From the human T2T-CHM13v2.0 reference genome, Homo sapiens, in the NCBI RefSeq assembly GCF_009914755.1, contig NC_060944.1: 64,000 nt of DNA. One strand, given 5' to 3'. A program made the position numbers and the translations under genes. The notes under the pieces were generated by a model. That model was not told the origin of the DNA, searched no databases, and saw only the letters and a program-made list of their open reading frames with translations. Numbering within the stretch: the stretch's first letter is position 1; the number at the start of each line of letters is the position of its first letter. This document shows positions 52,121 to 64,000 of the stretch, piece after piece.

Positions 52121-54129
52121 AGATGGTGGGATGTGCTAGTGTAAGCCTTGGGTACCCATGGGGAGTTTTATTATCTGTCTGTCTCAAAGCTGTCCCTTGA
52201 CAGAGAGCTCAGCCAGAAGCTAGTATCCCTGATCAGAGTTTGGGGAGGACACAGGTCTTAGCCATCTTCCCAGAAAATGGGTAAGACTGAGCGAAAGGAG
52301 AAAGAACGTACTCTCACATGAAGTGGGAACAGTGACAAATACTACAGTCTTCAGCAGCATCCGGTGTGACATGAGTGTGCGCTCAGGGGGCTTCATTCAG
52401 ACTGGGTGTCAGGGAAGGTTTCTTGGGGAATGAACATTCCAGCCAAAACCTGAAGGCCAAGTGGGAAGCAGCTGAAGAACAAGGGAAGAGAGATCCCCGC
52501 AGAGGGAACGGCGGGTGCGAAAGCATTGAAGCTGGAGAGGGCTGGGCATTGTAGACACAGAAAGGAGGGCAGCAGGGTAAGGATGACTGTGAGGAGGAAA
52601 GGAGAAGGCTGAGCAGCTGGCAGACGCTGGGCTGTGCAGGGACTTGAGCTAAGCTGTTTAGGGAAAGGTGTGACATGACCACAAGCTGGTGCCAGAGTGA
52701 CCACAGAAGAGTGGCTTCCTGGGCATCTAAGAGGGCACAGTCAGGGCGGTAAGTGGCTTAGAAGCAGGGCCGCGATCAGTATTGTGTACGTTGTGTGATG
52801 ACTCTGGAGGGGACTGAATCTGGGTATGCAGCTAAACATTCAAGTTCTCAAAAGCGTGTTTCAAATAGCAAAACTGGAGAAGCCCTTTAATGGAGTTTGA
52901 AAAAGGCACAGGAGAGAAGTCTGACGTGTTTCAGTGCAGGGTAAGGGAAGAAGTGGGGAGGGATTGGGTTTGGAGGGTGTCACGAGGCGACAGGTGAGCC
53001 GAACAAATAGGACATTGCTAAGCAAGGCTGGGAAGAAAGGGACGACGGGCAGAAGGCACAGCAAAGGCCAAGGCGGGGTGTTTGGAACATGCCCAGCTGG
53101 TGTGGAGAAGAGACTGGGAAGGATTCAAGCTCAGGCTCCTGGAGGAGAAAGGCATAGGGGAATGCTGGACCGTTCACCTGGGGGTTGGTTATGCAGAGCC
53201 TCCGATGCCTGACATGGGAACGAGGGAGTGGCCTGATCAGATGGTTCGTAATAACTTGGCAGATTCACCTCCTGTGCTCTCTCACCCCAAGGGACTTGAG
53301 TGAGTCATTGGGGCCCTTCCTCCTCTCCCTCCACACAAACACACGACTTTTGGGGAGGCCAAGGTGGCAGATGGGGGTGATAGATCCTGTAATCCTATCC
53401 CCAGTCCAGGGGTCAGGAAGTTCTTTCCCCAGCAGGCTCCCACCCAAGACTGCTGTTAAGACTGAGGTTGGAGAAGTGTTTTTCTCATCCACCCAGCCTC
53501 AGGTGGGCAGGACGGGAGCCAACCAGAGCCCTCTGGAGACAGTTCTGTCTGTGGGATCCGCCCTTTGGAGGACACAAATGAAACCCAATGCAACATAAAA
53601 GATGGCAAGAGGTGGCCAAGTGCTTATCTTATCAAACAAACTGCTCCTTGGAACCAAAGAAAGGGAATAGAGCTTTGCTTGTTTTCTCTTTTTATCTTCC
53701 TGATTAATTGCCAGCAAGGGGTCTGTGGGATGGGTGGTGGTTGAGGGCGACTCTTGGATGTGTGATCTCGCCTGGGAGGCAGGTAGGTTTCCCAGTCACC
53801 CTGGATTTTTAACATTTTCTTGTTGGAAGTCACATCCTCAAGCAAACTCTTAGGCACTATTTAGGGAGCACTCCCCAAACAGCTCCATTATGGCCTAAAT
53901 ATTCTTGGGAAGATGAAAAGGGGAAAAGACTATCATTGCTCAAAACAAGTCTATAATCTAGATGGAAGCAGGTAAAGAGGCACAATATTTACCATCTTTT
54001 ATTTTTACAGGGTCTTTATCTATTTCCATCACTTAACCATGAGCTCTTTGGGAACCAGAACCCAGTCAGAACCATTGGGGTATCTGAATCTGGACCCAAG
54101 CATGTAGTGGGGCTCAGTCTACCTGTCAC

Positions 54130-54850
<721 letters not shown>

Positions 54851-55043
54851 TGTCCATTTCATATTTGTTACATTAATAAATACGAAAGATTAGAGACAGC
54901 AATAAAACATTTTACATTTGAACAATAGAGCAACTAGAGTGATCCTTTTTAAAACCTACAACAAATCATTTGACTCCTCTGCTCTAAAAGCTCCTCACTC
55001 AGAACAAAAGCCCAAGTTCTTCAGAACAAAAGCCCAAGTTCTG

Positions 55044-55854
<811 letters not shown>

Positions 55855-55899
55855 ACATTCCCCTTTTTCTGGCAACTCTCTGGCATCTGCCCTACCACA

Positions 55900-56370
55900 C
55901 CTTCCTTCCATGTGTTTTAGGAAGTGTTGACCTATCCCAGATCCAGAGATGGACGTGTGACTTAGGCCTGGCCAATCAGAACATCCAACAGCATTCCAGA
56001 ACCACTCATAGCATGTGGTTCAGGGATGGGCATGTGACCCAACTCAATCTAATGAGATTCAATCCTGAACCTTTATTGGGATGATTAGAAATGAAAAGCT
56101 TTCTGTATGTTGATATTATTAGAAGGATAATGGAAGTATTGAGGCTCCCAAGCCACCCGCTGGAGAGAAAACTCACTTGTGAGTAAAATCAGTGCCAGGG
56201 AAAGCAGAGCGGTGAAGCAGGAAGAGGAAAACTGAGTTCCGGTGACATCTTTGAGCCCCTGGATTCAGCCATGCCTGAATCCCACTAGACTTTTCAGTTA
56301 CATATTGTAGTAGGTACCCTTCTTTGCTCAAGCCATTGTGACTTGGGTTGTAGTCACTTGTAACCAAGAG
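55900..56370 (+). mobile_element. MLT1-family LTR
   Basis: GTGACTTAGGCCTGGCCAATCAG...GAGCCCCTGGATTCAGCCATGCCTGAA...GTCACTTGTAACC. Confidence 0.65.
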
Positions 56371-57514
56371 ACCATTTTGAAGGGCTGCTATTGCGAGGAT
56401 TAAATGAGATGGTGAATTACATGAAGTGTTTAGTACAATACGTGCTCCAAAAGAAAAAGTCATTATTATTTTGCAGTTTCATCTTCCATACACATATTTA
56501 AATCTGTTTTCCCTTTTACGTTCTTTACCTAAGAAAAAAATGTTTAAACTTATCTATAATCAAAGCTGGTATTCACTTGGGACCAGTGTAGTTATACTGG
56601 TTATTTAAATACTGAAATACATTCATAATAGTTGATAAACAGTACTGTTCTGAATCTCCCACATGCTCTGTGGCTCTCCAGAATGCACCCAACTCGTCTG
56701 TTGGAATCCTCTAGCTCATTCTACTATCTAGCACCTAAAAGGTTAACACCAGGTCTAGCAGGGCCTCCTGTATTCTGTTTATGATTAGCGTCTCATTCAT
56801 GCTACATATTTTTAATATCACCTCTGGGTACATCTGTCAACTCGTCAATATGCCTGCATTAAATGGAAACACTAAATTATCAACAGCTCCATGAAATAAG
56901 ACCCTTACTCCCCTCCAAATCACCAATTATTGATAACTATGTAACCTCTTCTGATCCTAAAAATGCCAGAGACATAATTATGCACAGTGGTGACAAAGCA
57001 GGCATGGGCACCAGGCCAAGTCCTATCTTTCCCCTTCCTGTTACTTTACAGAGCCTCTACCCTTATTTCTACATCATGGTCATATTTGTCATTCCTAGTT
57101 GCAATCTGATATTCCTTTGTTTTAATACACTATGGCTGGCCTAACTCTTCCTCCATGGTGGGACATATGGTCCATTTTTGTTCAGCTTTTCAAATGTTAA
57201 AAACTCACTCTGCTGGAAATTGAATTTCCATGTGGTGCCCATCTTTCTGGTAATAAGCCATGGATTTCCTTCCTGATTCAAACTTCAGTTTTGTGAATCA
57301 CAAGACACAGTTTAACTTTTTGTCTGCAAATGTTTTCTGTTGCTGTTCTTTGAAATAAGAACCCATGTGCTCAATTGTGTAATGCTGTAGTTTAATAAAT
57401 TATTCATTTTGACTCTAAGTCCACAAAGGACTCAAAGTGGTTTATACAAATATATACACCTTGAAATCAATACATGAGGTGGTCAAGGAGAAGGAAAAAT
57501 AAGGAGTAGTATAT

Positions 57515-58022
57515 CCGATTGGTATTGTGTTCAGCTGCTGGTAAGAGAGACCAGGAATAACAGTGGCATAAACACCACAGATGTTTATTTTTCTCTTACA
57601 CAAATGAAATCTAGAGAGAGGAAACCCAGAGCTGATGTGGTAGCTCCACAAAATTGAGGATACGATCTCTTTCTATCATCCTGCCTCACTATCCTTAGAA
57701 TGTGGCCTCCATCCTAAAGTCCACCTCGTGCTGCAGGATGACTGCAGGAGCTCCAGCTATTGCAGCCACATTTCGGGCAGCAAGAAGAAGGAAATGAAAA
57801 AATCCTGTAATCCCAGTTTTCTTTAAGGATCATTTTGGAAGTTCCAGCCCAAAACTTCAGCTTACATATAATTGGCCAGAATGTAGTCCTAGCTACAAAG
57901 GAGGCTGAGAAATGTAATCTCTTAGTTGTGCCTGATGCCACCCCAAATAAAGTTCAGGGCTTATTTACTAGGAAAGAAGGGCAAATGGATAATACATAGG
58001 CCACTAGTCATTTCTGCCACAG
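57515..58022 (-). mobile_element. MLT1-family LTR
   Basis: TGTTCAGCTGCTGGTAAGAGAGACC...GGAGCTCCAGCTATTG...ATATTGGCCAGAA...TCTGCCACA. Confidence 0.62.
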
Positions 58023-58197
58023 GTAAGAAAATGAAATAAAGCGAGACATTTAGCTGGTTCACAAAACTGCCTACTATAAGGACCTTTAAGGTGTCCAGCT
58101 GCCAAATTGTCTCTGAGAATCCTAGTAATGATAGCAGAAGGGGAATCTATGACTAAATACTAAGTGTAATATCTAAGCAAAGAGAGCAAACCATTGC

Positions 58198-58229
<32 letters not shown>

Positions 58230-58659
58230 TCTTTTCTCAATACAGAGATTAAAAAGCAACTCTACCCACAGGTCTTTGTGAGGAAGACATGGGACATGTG
58301 GACGATATCCTCACAATATTTCTGCAATAATGAAACAACATGATTCTGGGACTTGCTTCAAATATTCAGCGTGGGGGAGTGGGTAGGAGTATAGCGAAAA
58401 CCAGATGGGCCATGAGTTGATAATTGTTGGACTGGGTGATGGAGACTGCTTTGTTATATGTTTCCCTTTACTGTGGTGTACATTTAACATTTTTCCATAA
58501 TAAAAAAAGAATTTAAACCCAGCAATAAATCCTTTCCAACAATTGCTTTTTAAAATGCTCCTTTTAATAAACTTGCTTTTAAGTTCAATTGACAGGTGGT
58601 TTTTATCATAACTCCTCCCTCATATTTTTGGCCTTTGTATCTACTGTCCTTATTTATTA

Positions 58660-60150
<1,491 letters not shown>

Positions 60151-60152
60151 CC

Positions 60153-60454
60153 TTTTTTTTTTTTTTTTTTTAGATGAAGTCTTGCTCTGTCACCCAGGCT
60201 GAAGCGCAGTGATGCAATCTTGGCCCACTGCGACCTCTCAGCCTCCCGGGTTCAAGCGACTCTCTTGCCTCAGCCTCCAGGCAGCTGGAATTACAGGCAC
60301 ATGCCACCACGCCCAGCTACTTTTTGTATTTTTTTAGTAGAGACGGGGTTTCACCATGTTGGCCAGACTGGTCTTAAACTCCTGACCTCAGGTATCTGTC
60401 CACCTTGGCCTCCCAAAGTGCTGGGATTACAGGCATGAGCCACCGTGCCTGGCC
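60153..60454 (-). mobile_element. Alu (AluS-like) at the L1 inversion junction
   Basis: Reverse Alu; TSD TTGTC(C)TTT. Confidence 0.92.
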
Positions 60455-60463
60455 CATTGTCTT

Positions 60464-62049
60464 TTCATGATCAAAACCACAAATAGAAAGGGCATTGTAA
60501 AAAATCCCACAGCTAACATCATACTTGATGGTGAATGAATGCTTTCCCCCTAAAATTAGCAACAAGACAAGATGTCTGCTCTCATTGCATCTATTAATTA
60601 TTGTACTGGACATTCTAGCCAGGGCAATTACATAAGGGGGAAAAGGCATCCAGTTTAGAAAGGAAGACATAAAATTTTATTCTACTTTCAGATGTCTTGA
60701 TCCTGTATATTATAAATGGCATGGAATCCACTAAAAATTGTTAGAATTAATAAACAAGTTTAGCAAAGCTGTGGGATATAAGATCAACATACAAAAATTT
60801 ATCTCTATGAAGTGTCAATGAAAAATCAGAAAATAAAATTAAGCAAACAATTCATTTTACAATAGCATCAAAAAGGATAAAATACTTAGGAATAAATTTA
60901 CAGAAGTACAAAACTTATGCTGTGAAGACTTGAAAACACTGTTGAAATATTAAAGAAGACCGAAATAAAAGGAAAGTCATTGCATTTTCATGGACTGATA
61001 GACTTAATATTATCAATGTAGCAATACTCCCCAAACTAATCTACAGGTTTAAAGCAATTCCTATAAAACTCCCAGCTGGGGCCGGGCTCAGTGGCTCAGG
61101 CCTGTAATCCCAGCACTTTGGGGGGCTGAGGTGGGCAGATCACGAGGTCAGCAGATCCAGACCATCCTGGCTAACACGGTGAAACCCCGTCTCTACTAAA
61201 AATACAAAAAACTAGCCAGGCGTGGTGGTGGACGCCTGTAGTCTCAGCTACTCGGGAGGCTGAGGCAGGAGAACGGCCGTGAACTCAGGAGGCGGAGCTT
61301 GCAGTGAGCCGAGATCACCACTGCACTCCAGCCTGGACGACAGAGCAAAACTCCGTCTAAAAAAAAAAAAAAAAAAAATCCCAGCTGGTTTCTTTTTAGT
61401 TGGCTGACCCTAAAATTCATGTGGAAATATAAGCAACCCAGAACAGCCAAGACAACTTTGACAAATAACAAAATTGGAAAACTCACAATTCCTGATTTTA
61501 AAACTTACTATAAGGTCACAATAATCAAGACAGTGTGGCGTTGGCATAAGGATAGACAGATAAGTCAATGGAACAGATTAAGAGGACAGAAATAAACCCT
61601 TACATTTATAGTCAGTTGACTTATTACAATGGAACCAAAATAGTTTGATGTGACAATATAATCTTTTCAATAAGTGGTCACGTGAAAACAATGAGTTTGG
61701 ACTCCTTCATCACATCATATGCAAACAATAACTAAAAGTGGATCACAGACCTAAGGATAAGAACTAAAACTATAAACTTCTTAGAAGAAAACATTGGAAT
61801 AAATATTTGTGACTTTGGGTAAAGCAAGGCCTTGTTACATATGATGTCAAAAAATATAAATGACTAAAGAAAAACAATAGATACATTGGACTTCATCAGA
61901 ATTAAACACTTGTGTTTCAAAGGACACTATCAAGAAAGTTAAAAGACAAGCAACTGAATGGGAGGAAATATTTGCAAATCATATGTGATAAAGGGCTTAT
62001 ATCCAGAATATCTAAAGAATACAACCCAATAGTAAAAAGACAAATAAAC
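60464..62049 (+). mobile_element. Old L1 ORF2 segment (inverted relative to 58660-60150) with a nested AluY-like element (61080-61378)
   Basis: CCCACAGCTAACATCATACTT, ATTCTAGCCAGGGCAATTA, AAAATACTTAGGAATAAATTTA are degenerate L1 ORF2 motifs. Confidence 0.85.
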
Positions 62050-62050
62050 C

Positions 62051-62149
62051 GGCAGGGCACGGTGGCTCATGCCTGTAATCCTAGCACTTTGGGAGGCAGA
62101 GGTGGATGGATCATTTGAGATCAGGGGTTCAAGACCACTACACCTGGCC
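62051..62149. mobile_element. Fused remnants of two opposite-orientation Alu 5' ends
   Basis: + Alu head 62051-62137 joined to CCACTACACCTGGCC (reverse Alu head). Confidence 0.75.
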
Positions 62150-62609
62150 TAAATCCTGGGTTTTAAATCTGGATAATGTCCATGCATGAAAGAGCCTGAC
62201 CACCTGTGTTGGACCCCCAGGTCCATTATACCTAGCTGTGTGACCTCAGGCAAATTACTCAACCTCTCTCTGCTTTTGTTATCTCATCTATAAAATGGGG
62301 ATAAATATAGTAGTACCACTTTTAGGGATGTTTGAGGAGTAAATGAGTTAACGCATATAAAGAAGAGCATAATAAGGAGTCTAATACTAGCCACTATCAT
62401 CATCATCACTATAGGTCATTTGGATATAACAGATACAGCCCTGGTACAAACATTGTCCTGTTTCACTGTCGTAGGTCCAGCACCTAAAAGAGTGTGTGTG
62501 GCATATTGCAGGCGCTTAATAAATATCTCTTGAATAAGTACATGACAGCGAATACATGAATGAATGGATGAAGAAAATATGGGTATAGTAGAGCTTTGGT
62601 TTAAAAGTG

Positions 62610-63480
62610 GAAGATGACAACACCAAATGCTGGCAAGGATGTGGAGCAACAGAAACTCTCATTCATTGCTAGTAGTAATGCAAAATGGCACAGCCACTTC
62701 TGAAGACAGGTTGGCAGTTTCTTACAAAACTAAACCTACTCTTACCATATGATCCAGCAATCACACTGTTTGGTATTTACCCAAAGGAATTGAAAACGTA
62801 TTTCCACACAAAAACCTGTACATCATGTTTATAGCAGCTTTATTCATAGTTGCCAAAATCTTGGAAGCAACCAAGATGTCCTCCAATAGGCAAATGGATG
62901 AATAAACTGTGACACCTTCAGACCAGAAACTTTAAAAACAGGGGTCGGGGGTGGGGGCACTATCAAGCCGTGGAAAGACATGGAGGAAACTTAAATGCAT
63001 ATTACTAAGCAAAAGAAGTCTTTCAGTCTGAAAGGCTACATCCTGTCTGATTTCAACGACATGACATTCTGGAAAAGGCAAAACTATGGGGACTGTAAAA
63101 AGATTAGTAGTTGCCAGGGGTTAGAGAAAAGGGAGAGATGAATAGTTGGAGCACAGAGGATTTTTAAGGCAGTGAAATTGTTCTGTGTGATACCATAATG
63201 GTGGATACATGCCATTATATGTTTGTCAAAACCCATAGAATGTGCAATCCCGAAACCTAATGTAAACTATGGACTCCGGGGGATAATGATGGGTGATAAT
63301 AATGTGTCAATGTAGGTTCATCAGTTGTAGCAAATATATTATTGTGGTGCAGGATGTCAGTAGTAGGGGAGGTTGTGAATATGTAGGGATGGGGGTATGT
63401 TGAAAATTTCTACAGAAATTCTATTTTCCACTCAATTCTGCTGTGAACTTAAAACTGCTCTTAAAAGTAAAGTTTATTCA
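62610..63480 (+). mobile_element. L1MC-like 3' region
   Basis: GACAACACCAAATGCTGGCAAGGATGTGGAGCAAC...AACCTAATGTAAACTATGGACT. Confidence 0.82.
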
Positions 63481-64000
63481 TTAGTGTAAGAAATTCTGGA
63501 AGCCTCCGTGGTAAGGCCAGTCACACGCAGGTGCTCTGATGTACCCTAGCACTGGTCATCCAGAGATTGGGCTTCTCACTTCCTTCTCCTGGCAGTGGGC
63601 CACTTGCACAGCCAAAGCTAAGAACAGAAGCCTGGCACACCCCCAGGCGCTGGCCAGGCCACCCTTAGTGAGCCAAATACCCCCACCATGGAACCACTGC
63701 TCAGCTGGGTCTGGCCACCCAGAAGCACTTACAAACTCTCTGCATCTATGTGTGACCAGAAGCCTGATCTCCCCAGGCCTCATGGTGGTGTTTTTAAAGA
63801 AAGCCCCCAGAAGCTAGGCCCAGACAAAATCAGTTCCCAAAGGGACAAAGGCGCTCAGTCTCACAAGTTAAGTAAAAGACAAAAACAGAAGCAAACATTT
63901 ATATAGCATTAAGCTTGTGTCTGCACTCTTCTTAGCTTTTACAAACATAAATTCATTTAACTTTCTCCACAATCCCACAAGGTAGGGACTAGTATTATCA

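Overview
Primate (most likely human) genomic DNA containing the 5' end of PREX1, the PIP3/Gbetagamma-activated Rac-GEF P-Rex1, on the minus strand. It includes coding exon 1 (ATG at 5686, phase-0 GT donor after 5468, 73 codons [10 protein letters not shown]...LRFLQS), its CpG-island/GC-box promoter (~5.06-6.48 kb) and the first ~5.5 kb of intron 1 (1-5467). The remaining ~57 kb upstream is dense in repeats: about 47 Alu copies or fragments, plus MIR, L2, old L1, MaLR LTRs (THE1, MLT1) and hAT DNA transposons (MER20, MER58, MER5). No other protein-coding gene is supported; the other ORFs are Alu/L1 or GC-content artefacts. The best lead is a sense-oriented THE1 solo LTR ~25 kb upstream. It carries an intact DUX4 motif and an ATG-ATT|GTAAGT phase-0 donor that would splice in frame to PREX1 exon 2 and remove the catalytic Glu56. 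Other leads are a strong-Kozak uORF in the PREX1 leader, promoter tandem duplications, a microhomology-flanked templated insertion at a palindrome, a twin-primed inverted L1, and an Alu-born 26-bp minisatellite. These are hypotheses from sequence alone. Repeat boundaries and subfamily calls were made by eye and are approximate.
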